Below are positions 26,225-41,425 of a stretch of 64,000 nucleotides of DNA, piece by piece; positions within the stretch are counted from its first letter, which is position 1, and every line of letters begins with the position of its first letter. A program made the translations under genes and the position numbers. The stretch is from contig OX597821.1 of assembly GCA_951406725.2 (NCBI GenBank), forward strand, positions 44,392,001 through 44,456,000, read 5' to 3'. The stretch is from Octopus vulgaris. Its lineage: Eukaryota. The notes beneath the pieces are model-generated. The model had not been told where the DNA came from. It saw only the letters and a list, made by a program, of their open reading frames with translations, and searched no databases.

Positions 26225-26610
26225 GGATGGATGGATTGACAGACAGATAGATAAATAGACAGACAGACAGACAGAAAGACAGACAGACTGACAGATGGAT
26301 GGGCAAACAAAGTAAGAAGTAGGAGGGTAGATAGATAGGTAGATAATGGATGGATGGATGGATGGATGGATTGACAGACAGATAGATAAATAGACAGACA
26401 GACAGACAGAAAGACAGACAGACTGACAGATGGATGGGCAAACAAAGTAAGAAGTAGGAGGGTAGATAGATAGGTAGATAATGGATGGATGGATGGATGG
26501 ATTGACAGACAGATAGATAAATAGACAGACAGACAGACAGAAAGACAGACAGACTGACAGATGGATGGGCAAACAAAGTAAGAAGTAGGAGGGTAGATAG
26601 ATAGGTAGAT
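26225..26610. repeat. Higher-order tandem repeat (about 125 bp x3) built from tetranucleotide microsatellites
   Basis: Three near-identical units carrying the anchor GGGCAAACAAAGTAAGAAGTAGGAGGG; followed by (GGTA)n/(GATA)n/(GACA)n to about 26910. Confidence 0.9.
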
Positions 26611-26793
26611 AATAAAGTAAGCAAGTAGGTATTTTTGTTGATTGACAGATAGACAGATAGGTAGGTAGGTAGGTCGGTAGGTAGGTAGGTAGATTGTTAG
26701 GTAGGTTGATAGGTATGTATGTATGTATGTAGATAGGTAGGTAGGTAGGTAAGTAGGTAGGTAGGTAGGTAAGTAGGTAGGTAGGTAGGTAGG

Positions 26794-26913
<120 letters not shown>

Positions 26914-27408
26914 TAGGTACTTGGGTAGGAGCAAACAGACAGATAGACAGACATATAGGCAGGCAGGCAGCTGGCAAATATTTAACAGACAGTGAAAGAT
27001 ATAACACATTTCCAATATTATGTTATTACAGTTTACATTAATAAATTCACAATAAAATATGGTGTTTATAATTTAGTGATAGTGGATGATATAATTGATG
27101 TAAGAGACATGATACAAGAATATTAAGTGCACAAGCTGCTATACAGAAGCAAAGAAAAGTTAGATTCAAATATCAAGGTAGAGTATTAGTAAGAGAATCA
27201 AAATAGTAATAATCCTGGTCTAAGTTGTAATGCAGAAGATTCTTGATATAAAAAATGAAATGAAAGGATGAAGAAATTAAAATAGTATATTGATCCTGTA
27301 AAAAATAAAAGTTATGTTTACAGACAAATGAAATGTTTTTTGGAGTTTTTTAAATCAGTATTTCTACTACAGCTTCTATGAATGAAATTCTATTTAGAAC
27401 TTCTCTAT

Positions 27409-27580
27409 AGGTGCAAGGGTGGCCATGTGCTTGAAAAGTTTGCTTCATAATAACATGATTTCAGGTTCATTCCCACTCTATAGCACTTTGGGTAAGTGTC
27501 TTCTTCTATAGACACTCCAGGTTGATCAAAACCTTGTGAAGGAATTTGGTAAATAGAATCGGAAAAAAGCCTGTTGTGTC
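27409..27580 (+). mobile_element. SINE family B, 5' part
   Basis: Homologous to 28239-28400. Confidence 0.75.
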
Positions 27581-27588
27581 TATCTATC

Positions 27589-27669
<81 letters not shown>

Positions 27670-27685
27670 TATTTATCTATCTATC

Positions 27686-27870
27686 TATCATCATCATTAT
27701 TTAATATCCATTGTCTATAATGGCTTGGGTTGAACTATTTGATCAGGCTGGCATGCGGGAAGGCTGCACCAAACTCCAATCTGATTTGGCATGGTTTTCG
27801 ACAGATGGATGCCCTTCTTAATGCCAACAGCTCCAAGAGTGTAATGGGTGTTTTTATGTGCCACCTATAT
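27686..27870 (-). mobile_element. RTE-tailed short element, 3' part
   Basis: GGATGCCCTTCTTAATGCCAAC motif and (ATC)n tail in reverse orientation. Confidence 0.75.
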
Positions 27871-28238
27871 TTCAGGTGAGAAACCTGATTGAAGCTCCAC
27901 TCCACCTTACCTTTTGGATGCAGCATACATCAACACACCTCCATTCAAGAATCTCAACAATCTCAACAATCTGTATATAGATATATATTAGTATTTTGTA
28001 GATGGCCCACAAAAGCTCCTATACTATTTGCTACTGCCTAGTGTATATCATTCCCAACATGCTGAGTTAACTGTATAGGATTGTTATGTATGCGATACTC
28101 CATATAGCATAGGATAAATATATCAATATCAAGAAATGCTTCTCAAATAGAGATTTAATATGTTTATTAATACATTGCTACATATGTTTCAGCATGACAT
28201 GTATTTTTATGAGACCACCTCATCATATCCATATATAT

Positions 28239-28652
28239 GGTGCAGGAGTGGCTGTGTGGTAAGTAGCTTGTTTACCAACCACATGCTTCCGGGTTCAGTC
28301 CCACTGCGTGGCACCTTGGGCAAGTGTCTTCTACTATAGCCTTGGGCCGACCAAAGCTTTGTGAGTGGATTTGGTAGACGGAAACTGAAAGAAGCCCGTC
28401 GTATATATGTATATATATGTATGTGTGTGTGTGTGTTTGTGTGTCTGTGTTTGTCCCCCTAGTATTGCTTGACAACCGATGCTGGTGTGTTTATGTCCCC
28501 ATCACTTAGCAGTTCGGCAAAAGAGATCGATAGAATAAGTACTGGGCTTACAAAGAATAAGTCCCAGGGCCGAGTTGCTCGATTAAAGGTGGTGCTCCAG
28601 CATGGCCGCAGTCAAATGACTGAAACAAGTAAAAGAGTAAAAGAGTAAGAGT
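28239..28652 (+). mobile_element. Full-length tRNA-derived SINE family B
   Basis: A box TGGCTGTGTGG, B-box-like GGTTCAGTCCC, CCTTGGGCAAGT motif, internal microsatellite, (GTAAAAGA)n tail, CpGs retained, flanked by ATATATAT on both sides. Confidence 0.9.
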
Positions 28653-28954
28653 ATATATATGTCATGCCAAAACATATGTAGCAAAGCATTAGTACAAATA
28701 TATAATCCCCATCCGTGAAGTATTTTTCACTATCAATGTGTGTGTGTGTGTGTGTGTGTGCTTGTGTCTCCCTTCACAACATCATGACAGTTATAAATGA
28801 TTGTCACTGTTATACAGTGTCATGCATTTCCAGTACTCTAGGAAAACATACTTGGTGATGGGGAAGAAAGGGCTGATGACAGAAAGGGCATCCAACCATA
28901 GAAAATCTACCAAACAAATTTTGTCTGACCTATGCAAACATAGAAAAGTTAAAG

Positions 28955-29021
<67 letters not shown>

Positions 29022-30454
29022 ACACTACATGCAGATATAGCAAAGAAAAGATATTATTAGGATTGGATTAAGTATCTTTGGAAACTTTGTGAAGAATTTA
29101 AGTCAGAGTTGCCATATGGACATTATATTTGAAGACAAATTATTGGCAAAAACCAATGAAGAATAAATAAATATCAGTCAATGTATTATGGCATGAAGAA
29201 AAGGAAGTGATATTAGCATTTTGTACAAATTATACTTTATCAAGACAGTTATGTAAAGAAGAGAGGAAAATCTGTTGGAGAAAACCAATGTGTGTATGTG
29301 TGTCTGTATGTATATATATATATGCTTTTGTGTGTGTGATTCAACCATCATAGTAGACAGATTAAAATACCATCAGCTGTAAATCAAATCCTCAAAGAAC
29401 TAACAAATATTGTTGGCTGAGCCAATAACTTATCAGGGTAAGTGCTGGTAGCATGATGCTTCACTAATGAGGTTTAATAAAGTTGAAACACTGGAGCAAT
29501 CCGTATACTTACCAAACATAACATTGCCCTTTCCACCCTAATCTCCCATTTAATTTTTAATTAATTTGGATTTCTTATTTGTCTCCCTTATCTTTCTTAA
29601 TAAGTGTTACCATCATTCACTTTCACTGTTTGTTGTTTTATATTGATCCTTATTGATTGCTACTGTCCCAGAAATAAAGGAGGGGACAATTGTAACAACC
29701 TGACACAACTGATCACACATAATGACATCATGTTACATATATTATTTTTACCAATCAAAAATTTTAGTTCAGTCAGTCAATCCAGTCGCATATGGAATTG
29801 TCAAAAGTCCCAATAAGTGCCTATTTGGCATATCATCTTTGTTTTTGGTCATATAGTCAACAAAGATGGAATCTGTTCTGTGGGGGGAAAAAAATTAAGT
29901 ATCCAAGATTATCTTTCACCCACACACTGTATAAGTTGAATTCCTTAGTGTAATCAACTTCTTGAACTGCTCTGTTCCACAGAGCTCAAGTATTCACTGA
30001 CATGCTCTGGAACAAAAAGAAAATAGGATTGACCAGTCACCTTTAATGGAAATAAGCTTGCCTCTTTCAAGAAAGTGTAAGAAGGATTGGTTAAGATTAT
30101 CCTTCTAGCTCACCATAAAACAGACACACCCTTATATTTGTTAGTAGAAACATCAGCTACCAGTAGAGTGGGGGAAGGTTTACAATTGGTTGCAAACACA
30201 TAGCAATCACTGTCTTTTCAGAAGTTAGGTACAACATGTTTGACGGGCAAGGGGAATTATCAACAGCATATAATGGATCATTCCCATCATATGTAGCAAG
30301 GTCTGGCTGCGTCTTTATCATCTACACAAACCTCAAGCCTTTTTATGTTTTAACCACCTACCAAGACCACCAGCCTTTAATGTATGCACAGAAGTTCAAA
30401 CCCGATTGGCAACCCATCATCCACAGCTGCTCCTCCCCCCCTCCTGCTGAAGAG

Positions 30455-30726
30455 GATTGGCCTGCAAGAGCCTGTCCCAGTGCCATGTAAAAAGTACCTG
30501 TGCTGGTTCCATATAATAGAACTCATGCTGGAGTCACATAAAAGCACATATGCCAGCACTCTGTAATAAGCACCCAGCACACTCTGTAAAGTGGTTGGCA
30601 TTAGGAAGAACATCCATCTATAGAAAACAAGCCTAATCAGACTGGAACCTGGTGCAGCTCTCCTGCTTTCCAGCTCTGCTCTAACCATTCAAATGAACAT
30701 TAAATGATGATGATGATAATGATAAT
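30455..30726 (+). mobile_element. RTE-tailed short element nested in the Gypsy relic
   Basis: GTGGTTGGCATTAGGAAGAACATCCA...ACATTAAATGATGATGAT tail interrupts RNase H coding remnants. Confidence 0.8.
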
Positions 30727-30727
30727 G

Positions 30728-30959
30728 AGGCAGCGAGCTGGCAGAACCGTTAGCACGCTGGGCAAGATGCGTAGCTGTATTTCGTCTGCCGTCACTTTCT
30801 GAGTTCAAATTCTGCCGAGGTTGACTTTGCCTTTCATTCTTTCAGGGTCGATAAATTAAGTACCAGTTACGCACTGGGGTCGATGTAATTGACATAATCC
30901 CTTTGTCTGTCTTTGTTCGTCCCCTCTATGTTTAGCCCCTTGTGGGTAACAAAGAAACA
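30728..30959 (+). mobile_element. SINE family A nested in the tail of the preceding element
   Basis: TSD GATAATGATAATGAGG at 30715-30730 and 30960-30975. Confidence 0.9.
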
Positions 30960-32366
30960 GATAATGATAATGAGGAGAGAGATTCACCACGTCAATTATA
31001 TCTCATAGTATTCAAATGGCATCAGTCACATCAAAGGATTTGACAATGTAACATCGGATGCATCCTCACATACTCACATTAATACAATGCAATGTTTGTT
31101 ATCGTTAATTCAGACTGGAAAGCAACCAATCAGGAGAATGACAACTCCTACAGAAGTTATCCACAACCTCTTTGACACTCCAGCATTTTCCAGGTATTTT
31201 TGACTGCAACTGCATATATGTGGTGTGATGTCTCCACTGGTCATGATGTTTGTGATGAAAGGTACTGTCTCAATGGTTTCAATGCACTCTATTGTTGGTT
31301 AAACCTGGGTAAGTGAAGTTGATATCAGCACAATTCCTTTAGCGTAGTACCAACAAAGATGTTGGAAAGTGAGACTAAAATTGCATTGCATGTTAGAAAG
31401 TATATGTATATTACCATGTCAAAATACTGCTGGGTATCTTTGTTGCATCAGATGCAATGTTTGACTGCATAATCTCATGAAACCACTACCTCCTTCACAC
31501 AGGCATAGTCACTTACTTGCCTACGTTGACAGGTATACCAGATGACCTGAAGCTAGCCCACTGACCACCACCAAAACCACAACTGATAGTGGACAGCAAT
31601 TAAAGTCTACTTTATTCATAGAGATGATGCAATTTCTGGCTGCAATGAAAACTGGAATAACCTTTTACCATCAAGCAGTTAATGGTTTACTGGAACATTT
31701 CTATTGTTATTGGCACTAAAAATTCAAGCAGGCCTTCACTGGGTGGTGTGAGTGTCTATGATCTGCAGTGAAAGACAGATATAGATACATCCTAGCTGAA
31801 TCCTATGTAGTAAGACCATTAAATTACCTGAAGAGATGGTCACACCTGGCCAGTCTACCGTAATATCAGATCCATTAAACTATATATATATATAATGACT
31901 GCATGGATAGCTGGTTAACAATTATCACTCAACTATAGCAGACCACTATACAAGTTCTGTAAGACCTCTCCAAATGTCTTCATGTTTTTTGTTTTTGTGG
32001 TGAGCCAACCAAGAAACTACTTCAGACATTTTATACAAGACCTTTTCATAAAGTATCACACAAGATTTTCAAATATCTCATTCCTGATATATATATAGCA
32101 AATGGAAAACTGATAGCATCGGCCATCTGAAGCTAGCAAATTTCAAAAGTGATTCAACCACAGTACCTCAAGCAACATTCACTGCAGTTTTTTCTACTAA
32201 CCATGCCTATATTGGTATCTCTGCCAATCATCAGTACACCAGTTCTCCCGTCTTCTGTCCCAGTAAACAAAAAGCCCAAGACAGGATGATGTAACGACTG
32301 ACCAGCCCATTTTATTTAGGACCTCCATTCTCTATATTGATCCAACTGATTGCTGCTATCCTTGCA

Positions 32367-32520
32367 ATAAAGGAAGGAACTAATGTAATAACTTAACTCA
32401 ACTGCTTGTCACAATTCTAGTTCAGTCTGTTAGTGAACAGTTTCTTAAATGGAATTATTTCAAATTCACTATCTTCGCATGCATTATTTTAAGCAATAAA
32501 ATAATTTAACCAGCCAAACA
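32367..32520 (+). mobile_element. Polypurine tract and candidate 3' LTR of the Gypsy relic
   Basis: AAAGGAAGGAAC then TGTAATA at 32384, AATAAA at about 32495, possible CA end at 32520. Confidence 0.5.
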
Positions 32521-32764
32521 GTTTACCCAAATAAAAATTTTAGCCAATCAGAAACTAATAATTTGTGGTGCCTAATCTCAGTTATGAAACCAGTCCACCT
32601 GCGACTGCCCTTGGTTCTGTGATACAAACTGTCTCAGCATAATCTAAATTAAAACCTTTTATCAAGCTTTTCATGTTAATGTAGGCATCAAGCTCCAACT
32701 TAATACAGAGAGAGTTATAAACAGAATGCACTGAAACAAAAGCATCTTATTTCAACAGATATAT

Positions 32765-33125
32765 TCTTTTATTCTTTTACTTGTTTCAGTCATTTGACTG
32801 CAGCAATGCTGGAGCACTGCCTTGAGAGGTTTTAGTTGGACAAATTGACCCCAGGACTTATTCTATCAGTCTTTTTTGCTAGTACTTATTCTATCATTCT
32901 CTTTTACTGAACCGCTAAGTTACAGGTCACATAAACACACCAATTCCGGTTGTCAAACAGTGATGGGAGGACAAATACAAGTACAAAGAGACACAGATAT
33001 ATACATATACATACAATGGGCTTCTTTCAGTTTCTGTCTACCAAATCCACTCACAGGACACTTGTCCAAGGTTCCACATATTGGGACTGAACCCCAAACC
33101 ATGCAGTTGGGAAGCAAGCTTCATA
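32765..33125 (-). mobile_element. SINE family B
   Basis: Reverse complement of 28239-28652 with an internal deletion. Confidence 0.85.
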
Positions 33126-34599
33126 CTTCATATAATTATATAGTAACAGAAATGTTAAACAAGCGAAAATTTGTTCAGTCAGTGGTTTTTAGTGCTAGGC
33201 TATTTAGCAGCTGAAATTCACAGATTCTTTTTCCCACACACGCCAAGAAATCAACCACTCAGAGCAGAATTGGTTCTCTTTCAATTACCTCAAATCATGT
33301 GACAAGCTGAATAAGAAATCCTCAACAACATCTATTTCAATCATTTTTGCAAAACACATGTTAATATTTTGTCTTCTACTTTAAAGCTATGATTCACAAG
33401 CACACAATACACAAGAAATGAAGTGCTATGATTTTACAAAATACTATTTAATGACATTGAAAACAAAAATATATATATATATATATATATATATGCATAT
33501 TTTTCTGTTGCACAATATTTAACTGACTTTACAAACGGAAAGATACTTTTGAACATTATTTAATTGAGTTGATAAAACAGTAAAATATAAATAAACATTG
33601 TCCATAACATATTTCTACAATGTGTAATTGACTTATTGATGTAGATATTCACAAAAACATTCATGGAAATTTGCTTTGATTGATGTTGCAAATTAAGATT
33701 GACTTCTGCGTTAACAATGTTTGAATTGTATAGTTAACCTGTATTCTAAAACCATGCACTGTATAATTACTATTGCATTATTTTCCCAAACGCATTCAAG
33801 ATTTTTGTCCTTGTTTTTTATTGGGGTTTGGAAAATAGAAGGTGAAATTATATGTGGCCAATTTTTGTCGTTATAGCTACAAACATTCCTTTCATTTATC
33901 TACCTGTATACACACTCGCACACACATACAGATATATAGTATATATATGTATATATAATGTATATTATATATATATAATGTATACCACACACACAGATAT
34001 ATATAGATATATAAACCATGTACAGATATAACATCAGCAAGGTGAGAGTTAACAATGAGTACATTAACAAATATAGCTTGATGGTATGGTCTACCAGAGT
34101 TCACTTTTTACCTTGTTCCTGTTTTTTTTTTATATATATATTTTTAAGTCTTGGTGTCTTTGAGAATTACAGTGACTTAAATCTCATAGCTGAATCTGTG
34201 ATAGAAATAGAGGAGAAATTCCAGACCTGGTAACAAAAGCTAAAATCAAGAATCTTCAAAATAAACTCAGTAAAGACTAAAGTATTGGTAAGCAGGAAAG
34301 AAGATAGGACTGAGGATGGGGGAAGGGGGAAGCAGGTGTGAGTGGATAAGTTCACAAGACTGTGAGAGGCGAGGGACAGGTGGTTAGTGGTTGATATACG
34401 AAGGGTAGGAAATATAATATGAGTAAATTCTGGTGTCATATGATCATATCAGCTGAATGGTGTCATTCTTAGAAGAGTGGAAGAACGCTGAGTTTTAAAA
34501 AGATAAGTATGATAAGCAGATTGTGTGCAGGTGCAGGGCCCAGAGAGTGTATACATATAAACCTTTTAGGAGATAATTTTCACTGTAAGAGATGTAACG

Positions 34600-34970
34600 T
34601 CTTCTCAAGCACAGAGAAACACTAATCCTCTTGATTCTTTGTCATCTCCACTGTAGATCAACCTTCAATACTTCGTTTTGTGTCTTCTTGAGTCTCCCAC
34701 TTCTGCAAATTTCATCCACTTTAAGCATTCAGCACTTCTTTATACAACTACCTTCATCCTTACATATCACATGACCATATCAGCACAGTTTTATCTCTAA
34801 TATACACAACATCTGATTCTTCTTATGCCTAATTTTCTCTTTCAGCACATTTACAATTTGTTGTACAAACACACTGACAATGCACATTCAACAGTGCATA
34901 TTAGCTTCATTTCTTTCCAGTCTTTGCTCTTCACATGTTCTCTGCATTCAGAGCCCATATCTCACTACCA
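34600..34970 (-). mobile_element. RTE LINE fragment, degenerate
   Basis: Homologous in reverse to 44570-44960 (GSE.W, LER.E, WYGHV region). Confidence 0.6.
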
Positions 34971-35044
34971 GATGTGAGCCCATATATATATATTTATATA
35001 TATATATACACCCACATACACATACATATATAAATATACATATA

Positions 35045-35709
35045 TCATCATCCTAATCCTCATCGTTTAACGTCCACTTTCTATGCTGGCATGGGTTGGA
35101 CGGTTTGACTGAGGACCAGTGAGCCAGAAGCTGCACCAGGCTCAATCTGATCTGGCAAAGTTTCTACAGCTTGATGCCCTTCTTAATGCCAACCACTCCA
35201 AGAGTGTAGTGGATGCTTTTACGTGACATTGGCATGAGGGCCAGTCAGGTGGTTCTGGCAACGACCATGCTCAAAAGGTGTTTTTTACGTGCTACCTGCA
35301 TGGGAGCCAGTCCGGCAGCATTGGCAACGACCACGCTCGAATATTGTTTTTCATGTACCACTGGCACATGTGCTGGTAGGGCGACGCTGGTAATGATCAT
35401 GTTCAAATGTTGCTTTTCATGTGCCACCAGCATGGGAACCAATCCATGGTCCTAGCAACGATCATGCTCGGATGTGCTTTTAGCATTCCACTGGTATGAA
35501 TGCCAATCAGCCATTGATTTGTTTTCACATGCCTCAATAGGTCTGTCTTTGTAAGCAAAGTTCATTGTCCAGTGAATGAGGAGTACTCATAAGTGGGCTG
35601 GTTACACCCCACATTCAGATGTGCTTTTAACGTTCCACTGGCACGAGTGCCGATCAGGCAGTACTGTCATCGGCCATGTCAGCAATTTTGATTTTGATTT
35701 CACTTGCCT

Positions 35710-35710
<1 letters not shown>
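35045..35710 (-). mobile_element. RTE-tailed element with internal approximately 65 bp tandem units
   Basis: Reverse of the 43161 element; about 5 internal units at 35215-35520. Confidence 0.8.
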
Positions 35711-37332
<1,622 letters not shown>

Positions 37333-37646
37333 ACATAAAAAGCACCATCCGAACGTGGCCGATGCCAGCACCGCCCTGACTGGCTTCTGTGCAGGTGGCA
37401 CATAAAAAGCACCAACTGACCGTGGCCAATGCCAGACCCCTCTGGCACCTGTGCAGGTGGCACGTAAAAAGCACCCACTACACTCGCGGAGTGGTTGGCG
37501 TTAGGAAGGGCATCCAGCTGTAGAAACACTGCCAGACCAGACTGGAGCCTGGGGCAGCCCCTGGCTCCCCAGACCCCGGTCGAAACCGTCCAACCCATGC
37601 TAGCGCAGAAAACGGACGTTAAATGATGATGATGATGATGATGATG

Positions 37647-37678
<32 letters not shown>

Positions 37679-37842
37679 ACTCATGAAGGTTGGCATTAGG
37701 AAGGGCATCCAGCTGTAGAAACACTGCCAGAGCAGACTGGAGCATGGTGCAGCCTCCTGTTTTCCCAGACCCCGGTCAAAGCATCCAACCCATGCTAGCA
37801 TGAAAAATGGACGTTAAACGCTGATGATGATGATGATGATGA
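37333..37842 (+). mobile_element. Two tandem RTE-tailed short elements
   Basis: GGTTGGCGTTAGGAAGGGCATCCAGCTGTAGAAACACTGCCAG...GGACGTTAAA(T/C)GATGATGAT occurs twice (ends at 37647 and 37842). Confidence 0.85.
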
Positions 37843-38201
37843 ATACAATTGGGATATGTAAAAAAATGTTCCCAAACCACAACTTCCTCATCAAGCAAGC
37901 ATTTCAGTATGTTTTCATAAGTATTCAATGATATTTCCCCAATATTTCATCACCACAGTACACAACTAGAACTTGTTAAAGAATTTATTGTTGTTTTCTA
38001 TCAGAGATTAATCGTTCAATGAATGCGAAAATAGTGTGTAAATTGAAGAGAAATATCTCCATATTGATTGATATTGGACTTGTATCGGGACAGGTGGAGA
38101 AGGTGAGAGGGAAAGATATATCTGGTGTCACTGCTGTGGCCTCTTCCATGCCACATTTCTGGAAAAACTGGGAGTAGGCATTGGTGGTGATGGTATTTGA
38201 T

Positions 38202-38251
<50 letters not shown>

Positions 38252-38287
38252 TAGTAGTAGTTGCTGTTGTTGTTGTTGTTGTTGTGG
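38202..38287. repeat. Compound (CAG)n(TAG)n(TTG)n trinucleotide repeat
   Basis: Direct reading. Confidence 0.95.
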
Positions 38288-40577
38288 CAGTAGAGGTTGC
38301 AAAACCGAGTGTGTAGTTTTCCAATAATTGTTTCTACCACAGTTAATTTATCAAAAGTGGATACTTTAAATACTTAAGGCCTGATGTGACAGCAGATAAA
38401 TGCAAGTGTTCATTATCATCATTATAATTACCATCATCATCATCATCATTGTAGACGTCACCATCAAGATCACCAGGGCCATTAATATCATTGCCATCAT
38501 CATCACTATCAGTACCTCATGGTCATCAATATAACTGTTGCCATCATCATTATCATCAATATCATCATCATCATCATCATCATCATCATCGTCATTATCA
38601 AAGAAGCTTCTGTGAGACTGCATAAGCTGGTAGACCTAGCAGCCCAATTTAACCTTATATCACACCTACTATCTTAAAAAGTAGTTAGATTGGTTAATGT
38701 AGTCCTAGATACAGAATACATTTTTAAAAAATGGAATTGAGATAGTTGGAATACATTTGGATTATAATTACCTCAGATTAAGTAACATCATCATCATCAT
38801 TGTCATCATCTTCATTGTTGTATGGCTGAAGACTGTATTGTGCCATATTATATTAATTTTTCCCAATATTCTCTTTAACTGTTGTCTATAAGGTTTAGAA
38901 TCTATATAAAATTACAGTGCTTTTGTTCTACCATAGAATGGAAAAGACACCAGTTCAATCCAACAGTTGGATATCTTTAGTAAATAACAAAATAATATTT
39001 TCCAGTAACTTCTTTACCAGATTAATTTATTTCTTGTCTAACCTGCAATTACTTCTTCCGTTAATTTTTTATCTGATTATTTTTCAGTATTATATTTTAT
39101 ATTAGCATAAGCTTTTTGTTTTATTTTGTTGCTTTTTTTCCTTTGCATTCAGTTTATCGTTATTCCAGAGAAATAAATTCATAAGAAATTCAAATAATTT
39201 TGCCAATGTTTTATTACTGCTTATTCTAGAATCTTCAGTCAGTTTTACTCATGTCATTTTTGTCTATTTGCTTCGATTCTGTTTGCTTCTGAAGGTTACC
39301 ATTTCTGACATGGATCAATGTAAACACAGTGGATGATCAGTTTCAATCAATATTTTCAAGGTTCAGTTCTCTGTTTTAAATAATTTTTACTCTTTATCAT
39401 CTTACTGTTGTTGTCTTTGTTTGTTTCTCTCAATTCGATTTTTAATAGTTATTTTGCACCACCTTTTGTTAAGATGTTCCCTTAGCAATCACATGACCCC
39501 AGGTTTGATCTAACATCTCTGCATCATGGATGAATGTCTTTTACAATGGCATTGGCTTTAACAATATTTTTTGAGTGGAATTTAGTAGATAGAAACTATG
39601 TATGTGTATACACAGTTATACACTTATACACATCTCTATATGTGTATATGGATGTAGACTGCAGACAGTTGTGTGTGTGTGTGTGTGTGTGTGTGTGCAT
39701 CTATATACATGCATATACATATGTGTTTGTCTACATCTATATTCTTACCTATGTCTGTATTTAGCCCTTTATGTAAAAAAAAATAATAATTTAGTAGTCA
39801 GATAAAAAGATACCAATGAAATAAGTACAAAAATTAAATCAATTTGGGGATCAATAATATCCCTAAAACTTTTAAAGATAGTACCCCAGAATGAGCACAA
39901 TCCAATGACAGAAACTAGAAAAAGAATGAAAGAATAATGTTTTCTTGCAGCACCTGTATCACTTTGTCAAATCTTTTTTGTTTAATATAACCTTTGCATG
40001 TTTTAAACCTAAATGAAATCTTTTGAACTGCCTCTGTTATTTTACCGTCATATCTTTTTTATTAAACATCTACATTTCCAACACAATATAATGTTCAACA
40101 GGTTCCTTTCAGCACACTTGTCCTTTTATGTTTGATTATATTTTCCAAGTCTACAAACATAGCATTTGTCCATTCATTTTGATCCTGCCTCATCTTTGCT
40201 GTGAAATCTAAGCCTCAGATCTCACTTCACAACTTCTTACATTTTCTTTGTTTCTCCTTGTCTATATGTAACCCCAGCTATCAACCAACAACTCATTTTT
40301 CACTCCAGTTCAATATACAGTGTAGCCACTCATCATGCAAGGTCCATTTAATGTCCATCTACTTTGTTCTTTTCTTAAATGACATACTTCACCCAATAGA
40401 CCATACTTAGATCAAGTAACTCAAACCCTTGCATCTCTTCTGTACATGCTTTACTTACATACTTCAACACATCTCTTATACAAATCTCATACAATCAGCT
40501 CCATGTACAGGAAAAAAAAATATCTTCATCACAGCTATGGAAAACAGTTTCATAACCATTTTTGTTTCTTTATTACT

Positions 40578-40762
40578 CTAGCTACTATACTTTTACACAC
40601 ACAAAACTATAGACCTAGCAGCTGTACTTTTACTACAACCAACACCACAACCAAATATATGACCCTAGCTGCTGTACTTTTGCTGTAACCAATACTACAA
40701 TCTCAACTGCTAGACTTTCACAACAACCAACAATACAGTCAAAAATATGACCTAAATTGTAC
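40578..40762. repeat. Degenerate minisatellite, 40-50 bp unit x4
   Basis: Recurring CTAGCTGCTGTACTTTT...ACCAA...ATATGACC. Confidence 0.55.
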
Positions 40763-41044
40763 AGTTTATTCAGCTCTCTTAAATATGTTCTGATAAAACT
40801 GATTCTTAACCTCTTCTATGTAGTGCCCCCCTTTTAAGTTGTTGTTATGGTAAGTAAGGTATCACGACTAAACTAACTTAACATGGATGATGATTTATAA
40901 ACTTTACTCTAAAAATGGATTGTATAAGCTTTTAACAGTGAAATGATAAAAAAAAATTAATAAAGATGAAAGTTGTATATTTACTTTATACATTGCAAAT
41001 TAATGATTACCCTGTGCCTGATGTGATCTCATTTTATTTTGATA

Positions 41045-41425
41045 ACCATTACTACATGGTTCTGAGTTCAGCCCACTGTGTGGCACCTTGTGCAAGTGTC
41101 TTCTCCTACAGTTTTGGGCCGACCAAAACCTTATGAGTGGATTTGTTAGAAAGATTCAGAAAAAACCCGTCATATATTTGCGTGTGTGTGTGTGTGTGTC
41201 TGTTTTGTGTCCGTGTTTGTCCCCCACTACCACTTGACAAATAGTGTTAGTGTGTTTATGTCCCAGTAACTTAGAGGTTCAGCAAAAGGGGCTGACAGAA
41301 TAAGTACCAGGCCTAAAAAAAAATAAGTACTGGGGTCAGTTCATTTGACTAAAAATTCTTCAATATGGTGCCCCAATATGGCCACAGTCTAATGACTGAA
41401 ACAAGTAAAAGATAAAAGAGAAAAG
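41045..41425 (+). mobile_element. SINE family B
   Basis: Collinear with 28239-28652. Confidence 0.85.

Larger units (their letters stand above)
29810..32140 (+). mobile_element. Gypsy/Ty3 LTR retrotransposon pol relic (RT thumb, RNase H, integrase), heavily mutated
   Basis: Frameshifted motifs: NKCLFG...GHIVNKDGI (RT); FIIYTNLKP and NYIS*YSNGISHIKGFDNVTSDA (RNase H); WCDVSTG, KNCIAC (HHCC region); PLPPSHRHSHLLAYVDRYTR*PEA, TTTDSGQQL, FYHQAVNGLLEHF (integrase). Order RT-RH-IN is the Gypsy order. Confidence 0.85.

Noticed and set aside
32541-32553. Perfect CCAAT box (TTAGCCAATCAGA) as a host promoter
   Set aside because: Isolated motif next to an LTR relic, with no first exon or CpG island nearby.
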